A stretch of 64,000 bases of DNA from Promethearchaeota archaeon (GCA_019057865.1 JAHLWP010000002.1:1-64000), one strand, 5' to 3'. Positions 40,578 to 51,081 are shown, numbered from the stretch's first letter. Numbers and translations: made by a program. The notes: generated by a model from the letters alone, not told the origin.

Positions 40578-42514
40578 ATGGAAGGAAAAAGAATTTCTTA
40601 TCATGATTCAGTTCAAAAAGTTTATGAGAGAATTAAAAAAGATGGAATGATTAATATTTGGGACCGTTTTGAGGCACAAGGTTTTGGTGGTGATCCTGAT
40701 AAAAGATGTCCTTTTTGTTTGAAAGGTGCAAGATGTGATTTATGTTCAAACGGTCCATGTAGAGCAGATGCTTCAATTGATAAGAGAGGTGTATGTGGTA
40801 TTACCGCTGATGGAATGGCAATGCGAATGATGCTTCTGAGAAACATATTGGGCGCATCAACTTATCACTATCACACAGAACAAACGATTAAAACATTAAG
40901 AGCAACTGCGGAAGGAAAAACACCATTTAAAATTTCAGAACCAGAAAAGCTCAAAAATTTTGCAAAAAGACTTGGTGTTGATATTTCTGGCTCAGATAAT
41001 GATATTGCTCTTCGATTATGTGATTTTGTTAAAGAGGATTTTAACAGAGCCTACGACAAACCTAGCAAAATTGTAGAGACTTTAGCACCCAAAGAAAGAC
41101 AAGAAGTATGGAAAGAATTAAATATATTTCCAGGGGGAATTTATGGGGAGATGATGCTTTCTAATAGTTCATGCTTGACAAATGTGGATGGTTATTATAC
41201 GAGCTTAGCTCTTAAGGCCATGAGACTTGGAGTTTCCATGGCTTACCAAAGTCAAATTGTAAATGAATATTGCCAAGATATCCTTTTTAATATTCCAAGA
41301 CCCCATAAAATGCGTGTAAATCTTGGAGTGCTTGATCCAGATTATGTCAATGTAATACCTAATGGACATGAACCATTTTTAGGATTTGCTATGGTTCAAG
41401 TTGCTAGAAAACCAGAATGGCAAGAAAAAGCAAAGGTTGTAGGCGCTAAAGGTCTTAGAATAATAGCCAATATTGAAACTGGACAAGAAATGATACAAAG
41501 ATGGGAGATGGATGATGTTTTTTATGGGTTCACAGGTAATTGGATAATGCAGGAAGCTATTTTAGCGAGTGGTTGTATTGATATTTTTGTATGTGATATG
41601 AACTGTTCGATGCCAATTGATCCAATCTATGCTGAGAAATATAAATTTAAATTAATCCCTGTAAGTGAAGTAGTAGCTTTTGAAGGTATTACAGATAGGT
41701 TAAATTATATTCCCCAAGAAGCAGAAAAACAAGCAGAACAACTTTTACAGATGGCAATCGACAACTTTAAAGAGCGAAGGGCAAGTGTGGAACCAGTAAC
41801 AGGATTAGATATGAGTGAAGCTATTGTTGGTTTTTCTACCGAAAGTATCCTTGATGCACTTGGTGGAACTTTAGATCCTCTATTAGATGCTATAAAGAAT
41901 GGCACAATAAGAGGAATTGCTGGATTAATTTCTTGTACAAGCTTAAGAGATAATGGTCAAGATGTCCATACTGTAAGTATTACCAAGGAATTGATTAAAA
42001 GAGATGTATTGGTGTTATCAATGGGGTGTGGTAATGGAGCTCTACAAGTAGCAGGGCTTTGTTCCCCAGAGGCAAAAGAACTCGCAGGTCCGGGTCTTAA
42101 AGCGATATGTGAGAAATTAGGCACACCCCCAGTTCTAAGTTATGGAACATGCACAGATACAGGACGTGTCGCGGATTTAATTGCCATAATTTCAAATGCT
42201 CTTGGAGGAGTCCCAATTCCTGATCTTCCAGTAGTAGCAGTAGCTCCAGAATATATTGTTGGTGGATTCGGAACCAATAAGCTTTAATGGAGCAGAAGGC
42301 TACAATTGACGCGATCTTCGCGTTAGCGTTTGGATTATATACGTACGTGAACCCTGTACCTACGGTTACTGGTGGTCCCGATCTAGTTAAACTTTTAACT
42401 GAAGATTGTAAAGATGTTACCGGTGGTATCTTACACGTCGAAACTGATACACTCCAAGCTGTAAATTCTATGTTAGAGCATATTGAAGCAAACAGGAAAA
42501 AATTAGGTATTTAA
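40578..42514 (+). CDS. cooS: Ni-Fe carbon monoxide dehydrogenase CooS, intron-containing (exons 40578-42254 and 42287-42514; 634 aa spliced)
   Basis: CDLCSNGPC, GVCG, NGHEP, GLISC, GCG, YGTCTD; PEY|MEQKA restored by removing 32 nt. Confidence 0.9.
42255..42286 (+). other. Predicted BHB-type mRNA intron, 32 nt
   Basis: Exon-exon stem GCTCCA/TGGAGC, relaxed central helix GAAT/GCTT, bulges AT|A and TA|A, inner stem TTGTTGGT/ACCAATAA. Confidence 0.85.
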
Positions 42515-42530
42515 CTTTTTTTTTTATTTT

Positions 42531-43493
42531 TTATATTATACTTCTAAAAGTATTAATAATGAAAATTAGTATAGTAAATCCGATGAGCCCAATTATAAAT
42601 TTTATTGGATCTCCTTTTTCTTTTTCTGGAATAACTTCTCTTACTATAACATATAAAATAACACCTGAAATGAAAGAAAAGAAAATAAATAAGAGTTCTA
42701 AATTATGGGGAAAGATTGAATTTAGGATAAAGCCAATAATAATTCCTATAAGTGCTGAAGTTGCTAGAATATACTTCTTAATTGGTTTTACATCATGTTC
42801 TATTGTCTCGTATATTTCTAAATCAGTAAAAATGATATGTGCCTCTGATCTCTTGGTTATAACTGTTCGAAACCATGCAAATATAAAAAAAAGAATCCCA
42901 GCTACTAATTCGAAACTTAAAAGGCCTACTAATATAAGACCTACAAGAAAATGATATATATAATCAGTAAAATATCTAAATCTGGTTAATTCCCTACTAA
43001 TACGATTTTGGATTTTTATTTTATAGTTATTAATTTCAAGTTTCATTTCCTCTTCTTGTTTATTCAAAGACGACAAAGTTTGAGAAATATCTCTTAAGGC
43101 AGCTTCATCTAATTCTTCTTGTGTTAATTCTTTTGTAAGAATATGTTCCATATTACGTTCTACTGCTTCTAAGGTTTTCTCTTTCTTAAGCAATTTCCGC
43201 ATTTTTTTCTGGGTTTTTGATTCAACTTTTTGTAAAATTAATTTTTCAGATATATGAATAAAAGTAAATCCAATTAAAACAAAAAGATACTCAAAAAGTT
43301 CTGAATGAAATGGAAATTCTGGCAAACTTTTAGCAATTTCAGGCAGGACAACAAGAAAAAAGTAAGAAACAGATATTCCTGCTATAAGGGAAGCGTGTAA
43401 TTTATTTATTTTATGTTCATAATAATCAGAAATAAAAAAGGATACTCCAAAAACTAAAGAAAGAATAATAACCATTATTAGACTGTCTGTCAT
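42531..43493 (-). CDS. ZIP-like membrane protein with cytoplasmic coiled-coil insert
   Basis: AGISVSYFFLVVLPE, SGVILYVIVREVIPE; charged central insert. Confidence 0.65.
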   Translation of the reverse strand: MTDSLIMVIILSLVFGVSFFISDYYEHKINKLHASLIAGISVSYFFLVVLPEIAKSLPEFPFHSELFEYLFVLIGFTFIHISEKLILQKVESKTQKKMRKLLKKEKTLEAVERNMEHILTKELTQEELDEAALRDISQTLSSLNKQEEEMKLEINNYKIKIQNRISRELTRFRYFTDYIYHFLVGLILVGLLSFELVAGILFFIFAWFRTVITKRSEAHIIFTDLEIYETIEHDVKPIKKYILATSALIGIIIGFILNSIFPHNLELLFIFFSFISGVILYVIVREVIPEKEKGDPIKFIIGLIGFTILIFIINTFRSII

Positions 43494-43604
43494 TATTATT
43501 GTTATTATTTCTAAGATTTTTTAAAGTTTATAATATAAAGTCATAAATTAAATGTGAATTTTAATTAATCAACTTAGGAACCTTATTCTTAATGGTGAAT
43601 ATAA

Positions 43605-44510
43605 ATTCAGTTTTTAATTATTACTTCAAGCGAAGATATTGCTTCGATGAATATTCGTAATAAATTAATCAATTCAAAAGCCTTTATTTTTGAGGAAACT
43701 GAATATTTTTGGCATAAGAATCCACTCTTTGAATTTAAAGGATTTTCGGGTAAGAGTGAAGAAAGTCTAAATTTTAACACTGATCAAATATATCTTGGTT
43801 TAACAAAAGAATCCCTTATATTTTTGAATGATTTAAATTTGGGTAAATTAGCACTTAATCCAGATTTAATTATATTTGCCAGTCGTCATAGATCTAAAGC
43901 TCAACGACCTGCATTTTTAGCTCATCTAACCGGTAATTGGAGTAGCAAGGCTGAATTTGGAGGTAATCCTTCTGAATTATCTTTGGCAAGTGCTCTATTA
44001 TTTAAAGCAGGAATTTTATCTTTGCTAGAAAACTCAAAAATCTGTACAGTCTTAGCTAATTTCTCAACGGATATTGAAGTGACTCATCATGGTCCTACTA
44101 CTTTGGAGAAACCATTAATTTTTATGGAACTAGGGAGTACTAAAGAAGAATGGAGTATTGATGAAGCTGGAGAGGTTGTAGCTAATTCTATAATTAATGC
44201 AATTTATAAGTATTTAGATTTTAAGGAAAAGAAAGATCAGTATATTGGCTTAGGTTTTGGGGGTACGCATTATGCTCCTAATTTTCAAAGATTAGTAATA
44301 AATAGTAATGTCGCAATGTCTTTTATATGCCCGAAATACTATATACAAGAACTGAATAGAGATTTGATTGCGCAAATGATAGAAAATAACCTTGAAAGTG
44401 TTGATTATTTCATAATTGATTGGAAAGGCACAAATTCTGAAGATAAAAAGCATTTGGTTCCTTTATTAGAAGAATTTGATATCCCTATTAAAAAGACTAA
44501 AGATTTTTAA
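43605..44510 (+). CDS. dtdA: D-aminoacyl-tRNA deacylase (archaeal DTD2), probable ATT start
   Basis: (M)QFLIITSSEDIASMNI, FASRH, HLTGN, EVTHHGP, FMELGS, GGTHYAP. Confidence 0.9.
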   Translation: MQFLIITSSEDIASMNIRNKLINSKAFIFEETEYFWHKNPLFEFKGFSGKSEESLNFNTDQIYLGLTKESLIFLNDLNLGKLALNPDLIIFASRHRSKAQRPAFLAHLTGNWSSKAEFGGNPSELSLASALLFKAGILSLLENSKICTVLANFSTDIEVTHHGPTTLEKPLIFMELGSTKEEWSIDEAGEVVANSIINAIYKYLDFKEKKDQYIGLGFGGTHYAPNFQRLVINSNVAMSFICPKYYIQELNRDLIAQMIENNLESVDYFIIDWKGTNSEDKKHLVPLLEEFDIPIKKTKDF

Positions 44511-44557
44511 AAGTAAGAAAATTTTTGATATAACAAAAGTTAACCAGCTTCGTCTTT

Positions 44558-45409
44558 TTACTTTTCATAATATTTTATTAAATTCTTAAATACAAAATGA
44601 GTAGCAGAATACCCTTGAATAGCTGATTTCGTTAAAACTTTAATGAGAAAATCGCGATGCTTAACATTCTTATCAGGAGTAACGTTTAATTCTCTAATGT
44701 TATAAAAACTACGAACAAATAATGTTGGCCAATCAATAAGGGCTTGTAGTGTTTGAATATATTGTTCTTTACCATCTTTACTTAATTCTAATTCCGTATT
44801 TAATTCATAAAAATTACTTTTACCTTTCTTTTTAATCTTTATGATACCATCTTCTTTAATTTCTTTCATAATCTTATTTAAACCGGTAGATTTTACATTC
44901 TTAATGTTTAACTTTTGTAAACTATCAAGTATCTCAGATGTGGTTTGACCTTTTAACTTAATTAACACATAATTTCTTGCAATTATATTATATTTTAAAG
45001 GAACAGATTCATGATCTATTTTATTATATTGTATTAAATTACCTAAAATTTGTTTTGCTACAAGATATTTAAGAATAGTCTGGTCATCTTCAGAAAAGTC
45101 CTTTTTAAACAAATCAGAATCAAAATAATGATTATATAATGTTTGTAATAATGATTTTATCGAATAAAATCCATCAACTACAGATTGTTCAACATTTTTC
45201 AACACACTAATTCTGTAATCGATATCATTAATGAATTTTTCTTTGTCTAAAGGTATTTGGCGAACAATATGAGGTTTACTATTAAGAGGTTTTAAATACT
45301 CATCCCATTTTTTTTTAAAGCGATAAGATTGAGTTTTTGCTATGGTTGAGAGTTTGTGTACAACTTCTAAAAGTTTATTTAAAAATTCTTTTTCAGAAAC
45401 TTCAGTCAT
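44558..45409 (-). CDS. Hypothetical protein with winged-helix-like segment
   Basis: Long ORF; LNKIMKEIKEDGIIKIKKKGKSNFYEL. Confidence 0.6.
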   Translation of the reverse strand: MTEVSEKEFLNKLLEVVHKLSTIAKTQSYRFKKKWDEYLKPLNSKPHIVRQIPLDKEKFINDIDYRISVLKNVEQSVVDGFYSIKSLLQTLYNHYFDSDLFKKDFSEDDQTILKYLVAKQILGNLIQYNKIDHESVPLKYNIIARNYVLIKLKGQTTSEILDSLQKLNIKNVKSTGLNKIMKEIKEDGIIKIKKKGKSNFYELNTELELSKDGKEQYIQTLQALIDWPTLFVRSFYNIRELNVTPDKNVKHRDFLIKVLTKSAIQGYSATHFVFKNLIKYYEK

Positions 45410-45608
45410 CCAAGAAATACCTTAACCTTATTACTCAAAATTTTTTTAGTTAAATATATTAAAATCTGAAAATTTTTAAACTTTAGAAAAAAATTCAGGT
45501 GAAAAAATAACAAATCAAGAAATATATTATTTTAATTATTAAATATATTGAATAAAAATAATTAGTCAATAATATTTAAATTGATTTGTCAAATGAGGTT
45601 AAGAAAAA

Positions 45609-45998
45609 ATGAAGATTGAACATATAGCAATAGCAGCACCTTCAGAAAAAGATTCTGATAAATTCTTTATTGAATTATTAGGATTAAAAAAGGTAAGAAC
45701 TTTTTCAGTTCCAATAAATTTAATGGTAGCCTTTTTCGGAATAAAGAAAGAACATGAAGTAATTCGATATGAAAATGAAAAAATAAGCGCAGAAGTATTT
45801 ATAACAAATGATAATAGTAGAACAAAAGATATTTTTACTCATTCTTGCTTATTAGTGAAGAATAGAGATGAGCTTGTAGAAAAAGCCTCCTCGATGGGAT
45901 TCACTGTGATAAAGGTTTCAAGGAAAGGTAGTAATGATTATTATCTTTTCATTAAAGATTCATTCCAAAATCTTTATGAAATAAAAGAAGAATTGTAA
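45609..45998 (+). CDS. VOC/glyoxalase family protein
   Basis: IEHIAI, FFIELLGL, THSCL, FIKDSFQNLYEI. Confidence 0.8.
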   Translation: MKIEHIAIAAPSEKDSDKFFIELLGLKKVRTFSVPINLMVAFFGIKKEHEVIRYENEKISAEVFITNDNSRTKDIFTHSCLLVKNRDELVEKASSMGFTVIKVSRKGSNDYYLFIKDSFQNLYEIKEEL

Positions 45999-46091
45999 TA
46001 GAGTCTAAATTTAAGGATCATTAGCTAATATATTATATAGACTTCTTAATTATGGAGAAATTTTAGTTAATAATTTTTATCATTTCATAAA

Positions 46092-46913
46092 TTATTCATC
46101 CCATACTGCTGATGCGAGCAAATGTTCAATTCTTGTTTTTCTTGGTCTAATAAACTCTGTATGATGCTCTTTTCGTTCTAATAATAAACTCTTCTCAAGA
46201 TTAACTGAGCTAACCATATACACTTCTAAATCCCCCTCATCAAGATAAATATGATTAAAACTAGGGGTATCATCAGCGCGAACTTTGTTTGAAGTCGAAG
46301 TACCACAGTAAAGATATGTTGTGTTTGATGAATTCTGCCAAGATATAACATAAGCATGAGGAACATGGCGATGCCCCATCAATACTAAATCAATTTCAAA
46401 TAATTGGGTGAATTCTAAAATTTCTCCAGCATCACGAACAGTTGTGAACTTTTGCCCTGATAATGGAGGAGAAATTAAGTGGTGATGTAATGCCATTATT
46501 CTATTTTCTAAGTTCTTATTAAAGCATCTCCCTACCCAGTCAAGTTGTTCATCTCCAATCATTCCTTCAGCCATATCATCTCGTGCAGAGCACATTCCTA
46601 CAATAATAGTATCTTTATCTTCAATTATCATTCTAGATCTTCGCGGACCAATTAACCGTTCGAAGAATACCAAACCTGAATTTTTCGCATCATGGTTACC
46701 TGGTACTGCAATAAATCTAGTAACCTCTTTTATTTGATCAATATATTCGATCACTTTTTTAAATTGAACAACTCGACCCCTATGTACAATATCACCAGTA
46801 CAGATTACAACATCAGGTCGAATTTCTTTAATATATGAGATAATATTTTGCATGTACTCGACTACAAATTCGCTTCCGTAATGGAGATCGCTAATTTGTA
46901 TTATTTCAACCAA
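46092..46913 (-). CDS. Metallophosphoesterase (Icc/CpdA-like)
   Basis: SDLH, TGD, GNHD, LHH, GHRH. Confidence 0.88.
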   Translation of the reverse strand: MVEIIQISDLHYGSEFVVEYMQNIISYIKEIRPDVVICTGDIVHRGRVVQFKKVIEYIDQIKEVTRFIAVPGNHDAKNSGLVFFERLIGPRRSRMIIEDKDTIIVGMCSARDDMAEGMIGDEQLDWVGRCFNKNLENRIMALHHHLISPPLSGQKFTTVRDAGEILEFTQLFEIDLVLMGHRHVPHAYVISWQNSSNTTYLYCGTSTSNKVRADDTPSFNHIYLDEGDLEVYMVSSVNLEKSLLLERKEHHTEFIRPRKTRIEHLLASAVWDE

Positions 46914-47098
46914 AAATTTTCACCAATCCTAAAGAATATATTTATGTTTTTATTATGATTACAAATATGAATAATCTCTACAATGTAATTTATTATGCTC
47001 AAAACTATTTATTTTTAATTAGTTTTTTAATTTAAAGTATAGAACTATAAATTACAAAAAAATATACAATTCAGTTTTTAAAAATAAAATTAAAAAAT

Positions 47099-47311
47099 TT
47101 AGCTATAACTTTCTACTTGAATCTGAAAAAATTCATTATTAATTTGGTGCCTTAATTTTCGCTGTTTGGTTAATTTTTCAAGAGTATTCACGTTTCTACA
47201 ATAATCGCAAATTCCATCAACATACACATATCTAATTTTCCTGCATTGGGGGCACCAAAATTCTTTTTTAAATATCGGTTTCATACTTTTATTCACATCA
47301 CTTTTATTCAC
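47099..47311 (-). CDS. Small zinc-finger protein
   Basis: CPQC...CDYC. Confidence 0.55.
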   Translation of the reverse strand: MNKSDVNKSMKPIFKKEFWCPQCRKIRYVYVDGICDYCRNVNTLEKLTKQRKLRHQINNEFFQIQVESYS

Positions 47312-47532
47312 TTAATATAAATAAAAAAGAAATTAGATATAAGTTCTCTCACCATATTCTATAAAGTCTATATACTCTATATAGATGTAAAAAAAGGTTT
47401 GAAGGATGATTTACCATGAAATTTAAGAGATTATATTTAAAATGTAAAAAATATATAGAGTAATTAATTTAAATTCTGTTGATTAGTTAAATTAGATTTT
47501 TATATATTGCCAATATATCTTAGGAAATGGGA

Positions 47533-50496
47533 TTAGTCTTCATAGTATTTATCTTCCAAGTATTTTATTACCCTAGATTTATGAACAGAATCATCTATTA
47601 TAAGTCCAGTGGAATAACTATTATTTCCACCACCTTTTCCATAATCATCAAAATATTTAACACAATCCATGACCATTTTATATGCACTGTAATCAGGTTC
47701 TTTCAGAGGCTCAGGACCTAACATAACAGTTACTTCTATACCCTTCTCTCTTTTAGAGACGTAAGCTGTCATCATATTTTCTGATGATTTAAAAATGTTT
47801 GCACTGACTTTTTGAAGATCTTTTTTTGGTAGATCATAGTCTTCTATCACAATTTGATATTTGGGATCGCCTCGTAAAAATCTTGCCTTCTTTGCTAATT
47901 CAATGACATTCTTATGACTAAGAAGGCTCTGTCTTAGATTTAAATTTTCTTTACTTAGTTCCCATTCTGAATACAATTTTTCAATTTTTGAAGGAACTTT
48001 TTCCCTATTAACACGAAGAATATTAGATAATTCAGTTAATATATCCCCTTTAAAAACCTCTTCAGATTTTAATTCTAAATCATCCTTCCTTACTTTTTCT
48101 GCTTTATGAATTAATCTATTGCGTTTATCTATTAGTTCCTTAACTCTACCAATAAGAAATTTAGAATCGACTTCTAAAAATGATTCTAATTCCGCAATAA
48201 TTCCTTGATATTTTTCTTCTAACTCATAAGTAGCTTCTCCTGCTGTAAAAATTAACCTTACAATGCCATCCTGAATTTTTTGGGATTTAGCAATCTTAAT
48301 TTTTCCTGTTTCAGATGTATTATTTAAATGCGTACCTCCACAAGCTTCGACATCGACCCCAGGTACCTCAACGATTCTTAAATTTTTTCCAGGCACAGCA
48401 CCTCCTTGATATATTGTCATTCCATATTTTATTTCTGCCTCAGCACGAGGGATGAAATCTAGATGAAGATCTATACCCTTTTCAACTACATGATTTGCTT
48501 TCTTTTCAATTTCAAGAAGTTTATCTCTTGGAATATTTTCATAATGTGTTATATCCAAATGAGAACTTTTTAGTGTTTTTTTAGCTCCTGCTTGATTTAC
48601 ATGACTTCCTAAGACCTCTCGTGCTGCGGCATTTACAATATGAGTAGCAGTGTGATGTTGGGAGAGTTGAGTACGCCAGTCCTTATCGACTTCTACTTTA
48701 ACGATATCTCCTTCGTTAAAATTCGGACTATCATCTAAAACATGAATTGTATAATTCCCTTGTTTAAAAACATCTGAGAATATTTGCCTATTGATTGTTC
48801 CTATATCATGGAGCTGTCCTCCAGAAGTAGGATATGCAACTGTTTTATCTAAAACAATCATTTTATCAATGATTTTTAAAACTTCCGCTTCATTAGAAGT
48901 CTCGGTATAATCATAATAATAAAGAGATTTTGTTTCAGGAATTCCTTCTAAATCTAATTCAATCTCTTTTCCTGTTGCATGTATTTGTTCAGCTACTTCA
49001 TGCCTTTCAACAACTAAGTTATAAAAATCATCTGGGATGTTTATTTTCACATCATACTTTTTAGCGGCTGTCTTTACCATATCAGGGCTTATACCATTGG
49101 AGTCATATAATTTTATTAGAGTTTCAGTGGAAATTTCTCCCTTTTTCAGGATTTTTTCTAAAATTTTTCCTGCTTTTTTCTTAGTGGTATAGAATTTCAC
49201 TTTTTCAATATTTAAGATTTCTCGAATTTCATCTAAATGTTCTGAAACCTCAGGGAAAATTCCTTCTAATTCTTCTGCATGCCATTGGCAGACATCTGCC
49301 ATATCAATGTCCCAATTGAATTTATCAATAAAACTGATAGCACGTCGGAATATTACTCTTAAATTATAACCTCCACCAACATTAGAAGGCAATTTTCCAT
49401 CATTAATAGCAAATAATAAACTCCGAGTGTGTTCAGCAATAGAGTAAAGAGCAGTCATCGGCATAATTTTAGACCTGAGTTCCTTTACACCAATTTTCAA
49501 TTCCTTAGCTACTCGATCCCATGCTTTATCCATATCTTCTACTTCGTCAATGTTTAAATAAGCAGAATATTGGGAAAATTTATTATATAAATCTAAATCT
49601 AAGTCTATTTTTGTACTTTCTCTAAGATTCGTTAATACATAAGGAAAAATAGCTTCATATATGTTTGGTGTACCTTGTGAAAACCATGCAACTCTTTCTT
49701 GTCCAAGACCCATATCTAAGACTTTTAGTTTGAGTTCACGAGGACCCTCAGGAGTTTGTTCAAACATTGTATAAACTTGATTAAACAATTCCACACCCCT
49801 GCTAAAAAATTCAAGACTACACCCAAATGAACCACCACCAGCCCAAGAATCTTCATGTATAGTTATTTCTTCCTTTGGGACACCAACACCTTTATGAATG
49901 AAATCGTGTATATCTATGAAAAGTTCACCTTGGTTCCATTCTTCAGGTGGTACAAACGAATGCTGCCCAATCATTACAAAGCCTGTGCAATGTGAAGATG
50001 TCACACCTACATTCTGAATATCGTTAAACCTTAAGCAAAATTGAGGTATTAAAAGTTTTTTAGCAGGAGGTTCAACTTCACCTGTAATTACATAAGGTTG
50101 GAAGGCAGATATAGAAGCTATGGTAAATTCTGAAGTTGGATTCCACCTAGCCACACAAGGGTATCTTTTTATTGGAACATACCCTCTCGGTTCTAGCACT
50201 TCAACAATCTTCTCCCATACTCCAATAAATGAGAGTTTTTCTTTAGATGGATTATTTATAGTAACTTGAAATCCACCAGAACAGGTTGGTTCTCCGCAAA
50301 CTTTCCTTTCTTTTAGTGTTGTCCAAAAATAGTTACCACAACATTCGCAGTGTTTTCTTATATATCCTAAATTTTTAAGTTCTTTAGTAGGAAAATATTC
50401 ATCAGGATTCTTGGAGGCTATCTTTTTGAAAATTGACTTTAATTCTTTATCTGTTTGAACATGTTTCAATTTATCTAATGCAGCTTTAGAAAGCAT
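47533..50496 (-). CDS. alaS: Alanine--tRNA ligase (archaeal type)
   Basis: C..CG..FWT...CG, YP.VARW, FTIASI..FQP, DMGLG.ER, HHTATH, ACGGTH. Confidence 0.96.
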   Translation of the reverse strand: MLSKAALDKLKHVQTDKELKSIFKKIASKNPDEYFPTKELKNLGYIRKHCECCGNYFWTTLKERKVCGEPTCSGGFQVTINNPSKEKLSFIGVWEKIVEVLEPRGYVPIKRYPCVARWNPTSEFTIASISAFQPYVITGEVEPPAKKLLIPQFCLRFNDIQNVGVTSSHCTGFVMIGQHSFVPPEEWNQGELFIDIHDFIHKGVGVPKEEITIHEDSWAGGGSFGCSLEFFSRGVELFNQVYTMFEQTPEGPRELKLKVLDMGLGQERVAWFSQGTPNIYEAIFPYVLTNLRESTKIDLDLDLYNKFSQYSAYLNIDEVEDMDKAWDRVAKELKIGVKELRSKIMPMTALYSIAEHTRSLLFAINDGKLPSNVGGGYNLRVIFRRAISFIDKFNWDIDMADVCQWHAEELEGIFPEVSEHLDEIREILNIEKVKFYTTKKKAGKILEKILKKGEISTETLIKLYDSNGISPDMVKTAAKKYDVKINIPDDFYNLVVERHEVAEQIHATGKEIELDLEGIPETKSLYYYDYTETSNEAEVLKIIDKMIVLDKTVAYPTSGGQLHDIGTINRQIFSDVFKQGNYTIHVLDDSPNFNEGDIVKVEVDKDWRTQLSQHHTATHIVNAAAREVLGSHVNQAGAKKTLKSSHLDITHYENIPRDKLLEIEKKANHVVEKGIDLHLDFIPRAEAEIKYGMTIYQGGAVPGKNLRIVEVPGVDVEACGGTHLNNTSETGKIKIAKSQKIQDGIVRLIFTAGEATYELEEKYQGIIAELESFLEVDSKFLIGRVKELIDKRNRLIHKAEKVRKDDLELKSEEVFKGDILTELSNILRVNREKVPSKIEKLYSEWELSKENLNLRQSLLSHKNVIELAKKARFLRGDPKYQIVIEDYDLPKKDLQKVSANIFKSSENMMTAYVSKREKGIEVTVMLGPEPLKEPDYSAYKMVMDCVKYFDDYGKGGGNNSYSTGLIIDDSVHKSRVIKYLEDKYYED

Positions 50497-50778
50497 CGCA
50501 ATACCACGAAGATTAAAAAATCAATAATTATATTATTATATATTTGAATAATTGATATCCTAAAATTTTTACCAAAATATTATTAGTAACTCATTAATTT
50601 GATATGTGAAGGTTAATATCTCGTTCCATATCTATATGGGCTCTAATACTTGAAATCTTGAATTTAAAATTAAGGAGTATTATTATCATTTATTTCACAT
50701 AGAAAAACCTTTTAAACAATAGAAATGATTTTTATGTGCAAATTTTTAATTAAAATTAAAAATTGAGGTGGAAATCAA

Positions 50779-51081
50779 ATGGCTCATATTTTAGTTACTG
50801 GATGGTACCCACCAGATAAAGCTCAAGAGTTACTGAAAGTGTATATGTCTAAAGATAAACCAGTATACCCTGATTTCGTAAAAAAAATTCATCATTGGAC
50901 AGTCGTATCTTCAGAAGGTTATTATAAAACATATGCTGTATATGAGTTTCCAGATGATAAAATAATGGAAACTTTAATGGCAATTGGTAAAAGATATACT
51001 TTATATGCCACAGTGGAGGGCTACAGATACTATCCTGAATTATTATTAGATGCTGAAGAAGCAATCAAAATGATGTTTTAA
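50779..51081 (+). CDS. Hypothetical protein
   Basis: SD GAGGTGG, ATG start, T-tract after the stop. Confidence 0.7.
   Translation: MAHILVTGWYPPDKAQELLKVYMSKDKPVYPDFVKKIHHWTVVSSEGYYKTYAVYEFPDDKIMETLMAIGKRYTLYATVEGYRYYPELLLDAEEAIKMMF

Noticed and set aside
42287-42514. Independent 75-aa gene
   Set aside because: It is the CooS C-terminus and is better explained as exon 2; coupled translation is kept only as an alternative.
11286-42514. Selenoproteins (in-frame TGA plus SECIS) among the redox genes
   Set aside because: All redox motifs inspected use Cys codons; no TGA aligned to a catalytic Cys was found.
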